The notes under the pieces: generated by a model | What the model saw: the letters and a program-made list of their open reading frames with translations, nothing else | The model's database searches: none | What the model was told of the DNA's origin: nothing | Origin: a virus | DNA length: 64,000 nucleotides | IMG/VR virus record: IMGVR_UViG_3300049571_000380 | Span: 96,001-160,000 of that record | Reading direction: 5' to 3' (one strand) | Position numbers and translations under genes: made by a program | In this document: positions 38,608-46,707 of the stretch, one piece after another | Layout of the letters: each line of letters opens with the position of its first letter | Numbering within the stretch: the first letter of the stretch is position 1

Positions 38608-38843
38608 CCCTTGCGCTCCGGCATCGCGTTCGACACGGCGATGGCGGCACGGTTCATGGTGCGCCGGACCGGGCCGACCTTCATGCCGCCGATGCCCATC
38701 GTGGCGATGACACCGGCAGCCGCGACACCGGCCTCGGGGGATCCCGTGACCGCCGCCGCTGTGGCGCCGAGCACCCCGGCGACCGTGATGGACGTGACGT
38801 CGTGAACCACCAGGTGGTCGTCCACGTCCTCGATCGGCTTCAC
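38604..38843 (-). CDS. Small Gly/Ala-rich hydrophobic peptide
   Basis: EDVDD followed by a glycine-zipper-like helix; resembles 23360-23569. Confidence 0.5.
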   Translation of the reverse strand: MKPIEDVDDHLVVHDVTSITVAGVLGATAAAVTGSPEAGVAAAGVIATMGIGGMKVGPVRRTMNRAAIAVSNAMPERKG

Positions 38844-39188
38844 TTCTCCTGCTCCCTTCCGTTGGCGATTTTCTCGATCGCCCGATTCAGCCAGTCGGTG
38901 TTCACGTACACCACGTAGAACGCGGCCAGGTAGGCGGTGAAGATCCACGGCCCGACCGGTTCCCCGAGCGGGATGGCGACACCGAATGCGATGCCGACCG
39001 ACAGGACCATCGCCACCGCGATGTAGCGCAGCTCGTGGGCCTTCATCGCCGCACCCACGCCCTCTGTGAGGTGCTGAGCAGCACCATCCAGCAGGCGAAG
39101 ACCCACACCAGCGCCATGAAGAATCCAGTCTCCTCATTGATCCAGAGGGCGGGGCCCATCACGGCGGCCATCTTGAGCAGGTGCGCCA

Positions 39189-39497
39189 TCACGTTCCCTC
39201 GGAGTCGAAGAGGGCACCCTGGTCCTGGTGACCGCCGGGCGGCTGCCCTCCGTTGTCGATGAGGGCCCAGTGCGCCGCAGGGTCGCTCAGTCCGAGCCGG
39301 TGTGCCAGCCACTCACGCAGCAGCGGGAGCTGGTCGCCGGTCCAGGCCGAGTTCTCCTGGCGGGGCCGGTCGCCGTAGCGCACGGAGGCTGCGGGCATGG
39401 GGAAGGCCGCCGTCGGCCGGTCGACCCAGTTGGTGACGGTCGACTTGCTGACGCCGAGGTGCTTCCCCACGTAGGTGGTGTCGTAGAAGGTCTGCAC
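39189..39497 (-). CDS. HTH DNA-binding protein
   Basis: YDTTYVGKHLGVSKSTVTNWVDR. Confidence 0.65.
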   Translation of the reverse strand: MQTFYDTTYVGKHLGVSKSTVTNWVDRPTAAFPMPAASVRYGDRPRQENSAWTGDQLPLLREWLAHRLGLSDPAAHWALIDNGGQPPGGHQDQGALFDSEGT

Positions 39498-39511
39498 GTG
39501 CTTCCCCTTTC

Positions 39512-39521
39512 GGCCTAGGCC
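39512..39521. promoter_or_regulatory. GGCCTAGGCC operator between the -10 (TAAGCT) and the RBS
   Basis: Perfect palindrome upstream of the HTH gene. Confidence 0.65.
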
Positions 39522-39550
39522 AGCTTAGCACAGACGTGGGCCGGTTGACC

Positions 39551-39949
39551 TCAACCTCGTTGGAATTCCTCGGCGTTGAGCAGGCTGCGATCGAGCAGTT
39601 CGGCCACCTGGCGCAGCGTCTCGGTGGAGTACCGGTCCAGGCCGTCTTTCCCGTGGCCGACGATCCGGGCTTCGATCCCCAGATCGCGCAGACGGGACTT
39701 CACGCTCGCCCGGATCTGCTCATTGGCTACCTCGGTCAGCGTCTTGAAGTACTGGTGGTAGGCGCCCTGCTGGGCAGACCGGTCCTCCTTGCTGAAGGGG
39801 ACCGGCTTGAAACCGTAGGCCGACTCGATGAAGATCCGCTTCGTGCCAATGCTCGTGACGGCCAGCTCGCGCTGACTGTTTCCGTCGAACACGACAACCT
39901 TGCTTCCGACCGTCAGAACCTCTCCGCCGGTCTCGAACGAATTCGCCAT
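39551..39949 (-). CDS. Hypothetical protein
   Basis: 132-aa ORF with RBS. Confidence 0.5.
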   Translation of the reverse strand: MANSFETGGEVLTVGSKVVVFDGNSQRELAVTSIGTKRIFIESAYGFKPVPFSKEDRSAQQGAYHQYFKTLTEVANEQIRASVKSRLRDLGIEARIVGHGKDGLDRYSTETLRQVAELLDRSLLNAEEFQRG

Positions 39950-40013
39950 TCGTCTCTCCTGCCTTTCCTCAACTTATCCAATCTTAGCGGAAGTTGAGGG
40001 GCATGGAAACACG

Positions 40014-40042
40014 AAGGCCCCCTCCGGCGGGGAGGGGGCCTT
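40014..40042. terminator. Hairpin terminator downstream of the TROVE gene
   Basis: aaggccccctcc / ggagggggcctt 12-bp inverted repeat. Confidence 0.65.
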
Positions 40043-40114
40043 GTGCCCTACGTCACTGCATCCACGGCCTTCTGGTTGTGAGCTTCCAGACTCTTCCCAT
40101 GGGAAGAGTCTAAC

Positions 40115-41803
40115 TTACTGCATCCACGGCCACGGGGAGTTACGCCCCTGCTCCATCAGGTCGATCAGGGAGAACGACGCATCCGACAGGCCGCCGAAGC
40201 AGTTTCGGTTCGTGCCGCCGGTCTCCAGGATCGAGGCCGAGTAGCCCGCCATGTTCCACAGGTAGACCGGGACCGTCTTCGGGATCAGGTCGTCGATCTT
40301 CGTCTCGGGCATCCCCCCGTTGCGGCCCATGTTCGACGGCAGCATGCCCGGCTGGGACTGCTCGTCGGTCACGATGACCACGCGGGTGTAGTCGGCCGTG
40401 AAGTTGTCCTTCACGGCACGCGGGATGTCCGTACCACTGATCGGCTCGCCGAAGCTCTCGACCACCTTCAGGACGCTGGCGCCGCGCGGGACGTTGACCC
40501 GGCGCGACCCCGGGGCGTTGCGGTCCCAGCCGTTCCACGACCAGCCGGTGCTGCCACCGAACTCGACCAGCGTCGCGTCCTGCGCCTTCACCGCCAGGCA
40601 CGCCCCGAAGAGCGCAGCCTGGTCGGCCAGGGTGATGTCCCCCTTGTGCGGGGTGGACCCCTGGTACCCCGGGAACATGCTCGGCGAGCGGTCCACGAGG
40701 ATGAGCGTCTTGCCGCGCAGGGCCGGGACCAGCTCCAGCGAAGCAGTCAGGCCACGTTCCAGGGTGTTCCCCCAGCGCAGCGACGGGGCCGCGCGGTAGG
40801 CCGACAGGAAGCGGTACGGGAAGAGCCGGGCCTTCCGCACCCGCTCACCGTCCGAGAGCACCTTGGCCACGATGTCGGCCGACGCGTCGGAGATGCCCTC
40901 CTCGTCGAAGTTGCGCAGGTTCTTGATCAGCGCGCCCGGCGCCATGGTCGGGATCATCGCCTCCCACAGCAGCTTCTTCTCGATCTTGCCACCCAGCTCG
41001 GACAGGACGTCCTCCCAGGTGAGACCGGCGTCCTTGAGCACCTGCGGCGCGATGAGGCCCGAGCCGTAGATGTACTCCGCCGACGCCTTCTTCGGGACGC
41101 TGGCCGCCACCTGCCGCCACTCACGCTGGTTGCGCGTCATCGACAGGCTCGGCGTGATCGCGCCGCCGTGGCCGTGGCGCCGGTCGAGGATCAGCCGGAA
41201 CAGGTCCGACTGCCACTGGGCGCTCGGCACCGGGTGGACGATGTCGATCACGTCGGCGAAGCGGATGCCGCGCTTCGGCGAGTCCCACTTGCCGTACGCG
41301 TACTCGGTGTACAGGCGGCTGACGGCCCGCGCCACGCCTCGCTTGACGGCCTTGTAGCGCTTCGGCCACGCCTTGCCCACGATCATGAACCAGTACGCCA
41401 GGAACTCGCCCGGCTCGTCGGCACGCTGGAGCACGCCGTCGACCATGTCCTCGACACCGTCGTAGCGGTGCGCGTCGCAGAGCGCCTTGGCTGTCTCGGC
41501 CGCGCCGAGGACGGAGGCGGCGCGCATGTAGCCGTCCTGCCGCAGCCACGGGAGCATGCTGGTGACGTGCCCCTGCTCCAGGAGGGCCACCTGCTGGAGC
41601 AGGTCGACGTACCGCTCGTTGCGGTCCTTGGCGCGCTCGTAGAACGCGTCCTTGCCGACGAGGTTGGAGACCGAGAGCAGGTAGAGGTCCGACAGCGGGC
41701 TGCGGGTGAAGCCGCTCGCGCCCTCGAACGTCTTGGTCGTGCCCTCCGTCGCCACCTTCGAGGTGATGCGCGGCTTCGTCGTCGGCTTGTTGAACGTTGC
41801 CAT
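40115..41803 (-). CDS. rsr: Ro60 (TROVE + vWA) RNA-binding protein
   Basis: LYLLSVSNLVGKDAFYE, WLRQDGYMR, ADEPGE, TWE, ALIKNLRNF, LFPYRFLSAY, vWA MIDAS ILVDRSPSM, GTD, VIVTDEQ; start moved to MATFNK. Confidence 0.93.
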   Translation of the reverse strand: MATFNKPTTKPRITSKVATEGTTKTFEGASGFTRSPLSDLYLLSVSNLVGKDAFYERAKDRNERYVDLLQQVALLEQGHVTSMLPWLRQDGYMRAASVLGAAETAKALCDAHRYDGVEDMVDGVLQRADEPGEFLAYWFMIVGKAWPKRYKAVKRGVARAVSRLYTEYAYGKWDSPKRGIRFADVIDIVHPVPSAQWQSDLFRLILDRRHGHGGAITPSLSMTRNQREWRQVAASVPKKASAEYIYGSGLIAPQVLKDAGLTWEDVLSELGGKIEKKLLWEAMIPTMAPGALIKNLRNFDEEGISDASADIVAKVLSDGERVRKARLFPYRFLSAYRAAPSLRWGNTLERGLTASLELVPALRGKTLILVDRSPSMFPGYQGSTPHKGDITLADQAALFGACLAVKAQDATLVEFGGSTGWSWNGWDRNAPGSRRVNVPRGASVLKVVESFGEPISGTDIPRAVKDNFTADYTRVVIVTDEQSQPGMLPSNMGRNGGMPETKIDDLIPKTVPVYLWNMAGYSASILETGGTNRNCFGGLSDASFSLIDLMEQGRNSPWPWMQ

Positions 41804-41870
41804 GACCCTTCTTCCCTTTCCATGAAAATGCGAAAACCCCCTGTCCCGGGTGGGAGCAGGGGGCGCATCT

Positions 41871-42058
41871 CGATGTATGTGTGGGGTGCCCGGCCAACAG
41901 ATAGGCCCCGGTGGTTCTTTCGAACCTTCCTCGACCGACGCTCTGCCAATTGAGCTACCCACGAGAAGCCTCGCAGGTCAGGACTCGAACCTGAAACATT
42001 CGGTTCCACTGTGAAGTAACCGTTGCCAAGACGCTCCGGGCACCTCACCCACACATCG
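41871..42058 (-). ncRNA. yrlA: Y RNA-like 1 (YrlA-like, permuted tRNA-like domain)
   Basis: Closing stem 41871-41893/42036-42058; T-arm CAGG-TTCGAGT-CCTG, then a closed stem, then D-arm GTAGCTCAATTGGCAGAGC; conserved blocks shared with RNAs 2 and 3. Confidence 0.75.
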
Positions 42059-42060
42059 AG

Positions 42061-42226
42061 TAACAGAAGATCCAGAGGAGTCACCGGCCAACAATGCGAG
42101 CCCCGGTGTCTGCCAGTTATGCCAGGTGTCGGCAGCGACGGGATTCGAACCCACCCTCAGTTTCTTTTTCCAGAAGAAGTAACCGTTGCTCAAAACGCTC
42201 CGGTAACCCTTCTGGATCTTCTGTTA
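42061..42226 (-). ncRNA. Y RNA-like 2 (tRNA-like domain)
   Basis: Near-perfect 18-bp closing stem taacagaagatccagagg; T-loop GGTTCGAATCCC; D-loop-like AACTGGCAGA; shared conserved blocks. Confidence 0.7.
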
Positions 42227-42306
42227 TGCGCCCCGGCCAACAAGATGGCGCCCGGTGTGCTCTCCGCATGATGAAGTAACCGTTCGCACTAACGCTCCGG
42301 GGTGCA
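42227..42306 (-). ncRNA. Y RNA-like 3 (minimal, no tRNA-like domain)
   Basis: Closing stem tgcaccccgg/ccggggcgca; the same three conserved blocks; 5' end coincides with the predicted TSS. Confidence 0.65.
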
Positions 42307-42312
42307 GATAAA

Positions 42313-42342
42313 ACATTACGGGATCCTGCGAGGGGATCGCAA
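42313..42342 (-). promoter_or_regulatory. Sigma70-type promoter of the Y RNA-Ro60 operon
   Basis: TTGCGA-18-TAATGT; the -35 is embedded in the palindrome CTGCGA-N5-TCGCAA. Confidence 0.65.
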
Positions 42343-42347
42343 GTCTT

Positions 42348-42839
42348 TTAGTACTCCTGCGGGGCGAGGATCCACGAGGCCCGCTCCTGTGTGGGCTCCA
42401 TCCACAGAGCCCGCAGCGCGCCGTGCAGGTAGCCGTCGTCCGGGAAGTCCACCCCGGGGATGTGGAGGTTGGGGTTCCACTCGAAGTTCGGCGTGATGCA
42501 GACCGGGGACCAGTCGTCGGCCCGGTACACCGAGCCCGCCAGCGCGAGGCCGTAGAACTGCGTGTTGGAGTGGCCGAACGTGATGATCTCCATCGAGCAC
42601 CGCGCCTTCATCAGGGCCTCGGCGTTCTCGCGGGTGATCTCCTCCTCGGGCACCTCGTTGGCCAGCAGGACGGCCCGGCGCATGTGGTACTCGTACCCCT
42701 CGCCGTCCTCGTCGGCCTCCATGTCGGCCTCGGCTTCCGTGAGCCAGTCCGGCTCGAACTCGTCGGCGTTCTTGATGGCCCAGTCGCCGTCGCTCGGCAC
42801 TCCCAGGCTGTACCCGTAGAACAGAACCGCCATCGACAT
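42348..42839 (-). CDS. Acidic hypothetical protein
   Basis: 163-aa ORF: MAVLFYGYSLG...SWILAPQEY. Confidence 0.55.
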   Translation of the reverse strand: MSMAVLFYGYSLGVPSDGDWAIKNADEFEPDWLTEAEADMEADEDGEGYEYHMRRAVLLANEVPEEEITRENAEALMKARCSMEIITFGHSNTQFYGLALAGSVYRADDWSPVCITPNFEWNPNLHIPGVDFPDDGYLHGALRALWMEPTQERASWILAPQEY

Positions 42840-42899
42840 GTCGACTTATCTCCTGTACGACAGAGGGGGCCCGGCTGGGCCCCCTCGGGAACGTGCTGG

Positions 42900-43088
42900 T
42901 CAGGCGCTGATGTCCTCGCCGTTCTGCGACTTCTGCTCGGCCTGGCGCGACTGCACGGCCATCTCGCCCACCGTGCCCCCGTACTGGCCGGAGATCGTGC
43001 GGTACGCCTCGGCGGTGTGCCGCACGTCGTCGGTCTCCAGGCCGGGGTGTGCCGCCTGGACGATCTTCTCGCTGGGTCGCTGTGCCAC
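42900..43088 (-). CDS. Small hypothetical protein
   Basis: 62-aa ORF with RBS. Confidence 0.45.
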   Translation of the reverse strand: MAQRPSEKIVQAAHPGLETDDVRHTAEAYRTISGQYGGTVGEMAVQSRQAEQKSQNGEDISA

Positions 43089-43427
43089 TTCGCGTTCTCC
43101 CCTCGGGTCAGCGCTTCTTGACGGGCCGGGCCCACTGCTCCGGCGGAGCGCCGCTCATCTTGGCCTGCGGGCGCTCGGGAACCTGCGTGCGCGCGAGCTG
43201 ACTGGAGCCGTAGTTGCCGATGGAGTGGGCCTGCGTTGCGCTGGGGCCCGAGTCCACCTGGTCCGATGCAGCATCCAGGGCGTCGGCGTCAGACATATGC
43301 ACCTTCCTGCCAGGCGAGCAGAACCTGCTGCTCGCGGTACTCGTCCAGTTCCTCTCGCGAGAGGAACGTGATTCCGTCCTCGCGGATGACGACCGGCGCC
43401 TCCGCCTTCTTCTCCTCACCGTTCACG

Positions 43428-43546
43428 TGTGCACGACGGGATTCGAACCCGTGGGCCACCCGGAGATTCCCAGCTCCAGCCAGCCGCCTGCCTCCACCCC
43501 TGGGAGAGATTCAGCAGGCCCCTTTAGGCCACTCAGGCACATGCAC
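43428..43546 (-). ncRNA. tRNA-Ser/Leu-like RNA with an extended anticodon arm and long variable arm
   Basis: Acceptor GTGCATG/CGTGCAC, D-arm CCTGAGTGGCCTAAAGG, T-arm ACGGG-TTCGAAT-CCCGT; anticodon stem GCCTG/CAGGC encloses 24 nt. Confidence 0.7.
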
Positions 43547-43630
43547 CGCCGGACCCGTTAGTCCGGCCCAGGTTCCGCTTTCAGGAGTTCTACGCGGAAC
43601 CGTCCGATTCATCTTCCACTCCAACCGGAG

Positions 43631-43715
43631 AGCCCATGACGGGATTTGAACCCGCGTCTCCATCCGCTGGCATGATCCAGTAGGACGATGTGCTTGGCCG
43701 CTGCACCACATGGGC
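43631..43715 (-). ncRNA. tRNA-like RNA with an extended anticodon arm
   Basis: Acceptor GCCCATG/CATGGGC, D-arm GTGCAGCGGCCAAGCAC, T-arm GCGGG-TTCAAAT-CCCGT; anticodon loop replaced by 19 nt with inner hairpin CTGG-ATCATG-CCAG. Confidence 0.7.
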
Positions 43716-43868
43716 GCTCGGTGTCCTGCCGATCACCGAGCGGGCGGATCTCGTGGCGCCGGGGCCACCCGGCGGTGCCTCCTCTACGAAACCCTCTTTG
43801 GCGTGCACCCCGCCGCCGACTTTCTCAGCCGAAAGCGGGGGTAAAGCGGACCTGTAATTCAGGTCCAG

Positions 43869-43942
43869 TTGGCAGGGAGAGATTTGAACTCTCGACCTCG
43901 GGATTATCGGTCCCGCGCTCTAACCATCTGAGCTACCCGCCA
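43869..43942 (-). tRNA. tRNA-Ile(GAT), atypical C33, CCA not encoded
   Basis: TGGCGGG/CCTGCCA acceptor, TAGCTCAGATGGTTAGAGC D-arm, CGGGA-CCGATAA-TCCCG anticodon arm, GAGAG-TTCAAAT-CTCTC T-arm. Confidence 0.85.
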
Positions 43943-44053
43943 GTGATCCATCCGGAAGCGTGTCGGACCGCCTCCGGTGGATCGGTGCGCCGAGCCGGGC
44001 CGTAACCGGCTCGGAGCGTTTCGCTCGGGTGTCGGATTCCCGAACTAAGTGAA

Positions 44054-44083
44054 ACTCTACCGGGTGTTGCTGGCCTAGGTCAA
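44054..44083 (-). promoter_or_regulatory. HrdB-type promoter of the tRNA-like cassette with an overlapping GGCCTAGGTC operator
   Basis: TTGACC-18-TAGAGT; operator at 44072-44081. Confidence 0.7.
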
Positions 44084-44093
44084 CCGATCCAGG

Positions 44094-45395
44094 TCAGACC
44101 GCGAGCCGGAAGTTCTCGCCATCCGCAACGATCAGGCCCTCACGGGTGAACGATCGCAGGAAACGGCTGGCCTGCGTCGCCCCGCAGCCCGTGTGGGTCG
44201 CCAGGAGAGCCGGGGTCCAGACGGCCTGCGGCTGGCTCCGCAGCGCCCGCAGCGCGACATCCCGGGGGTACTTGCCACGGCCGTGGTCCGGGTGCGCCAG
44301 AAGGGCCACCATCTCGTCCGTGACGGTCCAGGTGCGCACGAGGTTGGGGCCGTGCACATTGAGGTAGCCGTGCCCACGGAAGCGGGGTCCGCGCGGAAGG
44401 AAGTGCGGTTCCACTCCGGCGCCCGGACCGAGCACGGTGTCGGTGTTCTGCGGGGTGTTGACGCGAAGGCAGAATGAGAAGTCGAAGTTCGTGCGGATGC
44501 CCGAGGTGATGCCCCGGTCGTCGCCCGAGCGGAGCGGGTTCTGAGTCATCCACATGATGATGATCTCGCGCGAGCGGCCCTGGCTGGACAGCTCGGTGAG
44601 CTTCTGCATCACGGACTTGTCGGGGCCTTCGAGGAAGGCGTACTCCTCGTCACCCCTCGGCGCCTTGCCGCGCCGCTTGTCCTCGTCGAGCACAGCCTGG
44701 AGAACGGAGTAGCCCTCGTCGATCGGGATGAGCCTGCGCGGGCCGAGCTTCAAGTCCCACTTGGAGATCCCGAGCTTGGCCATCTGGGTGGCGCGGTCCT
44801 CCATCCGGGCGTGCTCACGTTCGATCATCTCGATGATCTCTTCGTGGGTCACGGCGCAGGTGCAGATGCCGCGCCAGACCGTGGCCTCCTCGCCCTTGCC
44901 GTCGATGAAGCCACCCAGCTCCTCGTCGGGATGGACGACCGCACGAGCCATGAGGGCGCGCGTGGACCAGCTCTTGCCGGAACCGGAGGCGCCGCCGACC
45001 AGCAGGCGCTCGTTACGCGGAACATCAACCTCCTCGCCCGTGACCGTGTCCAGCCCGAGCGTGGTGATGTCGGGGTGCCAGAACATGTCCAGCTCGTCGG
45101 TGATGTACCGGGTGCGCACCGCAAACAGCACGCGGGAGGACCGGCCGCCGGGGGACAGGTCGCTCAGGTGCTCGTCGAGCACGTCGAGCATGGCGCGTAT
45201 GGCCTGGTGCTTGGCACGCAGCTCCTTGAGCATGTCGCGCCCGTCGAGCTTGAGGACGGCGACGACGCCGGACTCGGTCAGCTTCGCGGAGTCCAGGTTC
45301 ACGCCGCGCAGACCACGCGCCTTCGCCTGCGGGTTCCAGTACTCGGGCGTGAGCAGGTCCAGCAGGCGCAGTTCCTCCTCAGTCGCTACCAGCAC
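44094..45395 (-). CDS. FtsK/SpoIIIE-family ATPase (TraB-like) with a C-terminal wHTH
   Basis: GGASGSGKS, FIDGKG, IPIDEG, QGRSREI...TQNP, IRTNF; C-terminal helix-turn-helix. Confidence 0.8.
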   Translation of the reverse strand: MLVATEEELRLLDLLTPEYWNPQAKARGLRGVNLDSAKLTESGVVAVLKLDGRDMLKELRAKHQAIRAMLDVLDEHLSDLSPGGRSSRVLFAVRTRYITDELDMFWHPDITTLGLDTVTGEEVDVPRNERLLVGGASGSGKSWSTRALMARAVVHPDEELGGFIDGKGEEATVWRGICTCAVTHEEIIEMIEREHARMEDRATQMAKLGISKWDLKLGPRRLIPIDEGYSVLQAVLDEDKRRGKAPRGDEEYAFLEGPDKSVMQKLTELSSQGRSREIIIMWMTQNPLRSGDDRGITSGIRTNFDFSFCLRVNTPQNTDTVLGPGAGVEPHFLPRGPRFRGHGYLNVHGPNLVRTWTVTDEMVALLAHPDHGRGKYPRDVALRALRSQPQAVWTPALLATHTGCGATQASRFLRSFTREGLIVADGENFRLAV

Positions 45396-45696
45396 CGGGC
45401 ACCTCCATGACCGCGTCGAGCGCCGGGTCCAGGCCGAGGGGGAAGATCATGCCTTCCGCCTGGTCGACGACGATGAAGATGCGCAGCGGCGCCATGAGCG
45501 AGCACACCTGACCGGCCTCCTCCAGGGAGATCTTCCGGGTGAGCGGCCAGACGGCGATCATCGTGCCCGCCTTGGGCATGCCGAGCTGGATCACCGCATC
45601 CATGGGCGTGAGGGCCAGGGCGCACTGACCGTCGAACGGGTTGTACGTCAGCGTCCTGACCTCGCGCCGCACGGGAACGGCGTAGTAGAGACCCAT
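45379..45696 (-). CDS. Hypothetical protein coupled to the FtsK-like gene
   Basis: MGLYYAVPV... ORF with GAAGGAA RBS. Confidence 0.5.
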   Translation of the reverse strand: MGLYYAVPVRREVRTLTYNPFDGQCALALTPMDAVIQLGMPKAGTMIAVWPLTRKISLEEAGQVCSLMAPLRIFIVVDQAEGMIFPLGLDPALDAVMEVPGAGSD

Positions 45697-45724
45697 TGTT
45701 TCCTTCTTCCTCTCCTTCAACGAC

Positions 45725-45761
45725 GAAGGCCGGACCTGGTTGGTCGCCAGGTCCGGCCTTC
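45725..45761. terminator. Hairpin terminator
   Basis: 15-bp perfect inverted repeat gaaggccggacctgg. Confidence 0.65.
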
Positions 45762-45779
45762 TCGGGATGTGCCGCTCGG

Positions 45780-46268
45780 TCAGGCCGAGGCGACGGGGTT
45801 GCCGTAGCCGTAGCTGACGGAGGTGGTGGAATCGGCGCCGTCCGCGTCGGCCGAGGCGTCGTCGCCCTCGTCCTCGTCGGTGTCGACGGAGCGGTTCTCC
45901 AGGGCGGCGACGTACTCGCTGGCCTGCTCCTCGGTGACGTCGGCCTGGAGCACGAGGGCCGGGACGGGGTCCACGCCCTTCTCGGTGGCCTTGTCGACGA
46001 TCGGCTTGATGACGTTGACCAGAACGGAGTCGCGCAGGTTTACGGCCCACGCCTCGTCGCGCTCGGCGGCCTCGGCCAGCTCCGCGTCGGCGGCGGCGAC
46101 GGCCTGCTCGTCCTTGTAGGTGCTCTTCAGGTTGGTCGCGGCGGCCTCGAAGACGAGCTTCGCGTAGACGGCGATGTCGGCTTCGGCGGCGCCCGGGAAC
46201 TTCTTGGCTGCGGTCCGGAAGACGGAGCGCACTGCGGTGGTCAGGGACACGTTCTGATCCTCTCCGAT
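45780..46268 (-). CDS. Ala-rich acidic hypothetical protein
   Basis: Strong codon bias; start approximate. Confidence 0.5.
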   Translation of the reverse strand: MGEDQNVSLTTAVRSVFRTAAKKFPGAAEADIAVYAKLVFEAAATNLKSTYKDEQAVAAADAELAEAAERDEAWAVNLRDSVLVNVIKPIVDKATEKGVDPVPALVLQADVTEEQASEYVAALENRSVDTDEDEGDDASADADGADSTTSVSYGYGNPVASA

Positions 46269-46347
46269 GTCCTGCTTCGTTCTGCGAACTTTACTGTGCG
46301 TGCTCGCTGTTCGTCGGTAACAGCGTATCACGATTTGGCCTGAGCCA

Positions 46348-46707
46348 CTACTTCTGGGACGGGCCCTTCGCCTGCTTGCGGATCGTCGTGTCCTCCGGAC
46401 GCGCCGAGTTGGCGAAGTCGTTCCAGCGGGGCGAGATGCTGACCTTCACGGCCTTGCGGGCGGCGACGCGCACGCGCTCCCCGTTGTGCGGGTTCCGGGC
46501 CATCCGCTCCTTCTTCTCCACCAGCGCGAAGCTGCCGAAGTTCGTGATGGAAACGGTGTAGCCCTGGGCCACGGTACGGGCGCAGATGTCGAAGACGTTT
46601 TCGACAGCCTCCTGGGCGACGGATCGAGCCAGACCCATCCGGTCGGCCAGCGCCTCTGCGAGGAGCATCTTGTTCAGGTTGCCGGGCTTCTGCTCGACGT
46701 TTGCCAC
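46348..46707 (-). CDS. HU/IHF-family DNA-binding protein
   Basis: LNKMLLAEALA...GYTVSITNFGSF...RMARNPHNGERVRVAARKAVK. Confidence 0.92.
   Translation of the reverse strand: MANVEQKPGNLNKMLLAEALADRMGLARSVAQEAVENVFDICARTVAQGYTVSITNFGSFALVEKKERMARNPHNGERVRVAARKAVKVSISPRWNDFANSARPEDTTIRKQAKGPSQK

Noticed and set aside
41935-41995. Ordinary tRNA gene
   Set aside because: The T-arm precedes the D-arm in transcript order and there is no anticodon arm or free acceptor ends; treated as the YrlA-type domain
42013-42300. Three near-identical GAAGTAACCGTT...ACGCTCCGG repeats as a mini CRISPR array
   Set aside because: Spacing is irregular (about 163 and 97 bp), each unit folds into its own closed stem with tRNA-like arms, and there are no cas genes; a Y RNA interpretation fits better
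43631-43715. tRNA-Met(CAT) or tRNA with a group I or BHB intron
   Set aside because: CAT lies in a non-canonical inner hairpin; the insert is only about 12 nt with no intron features
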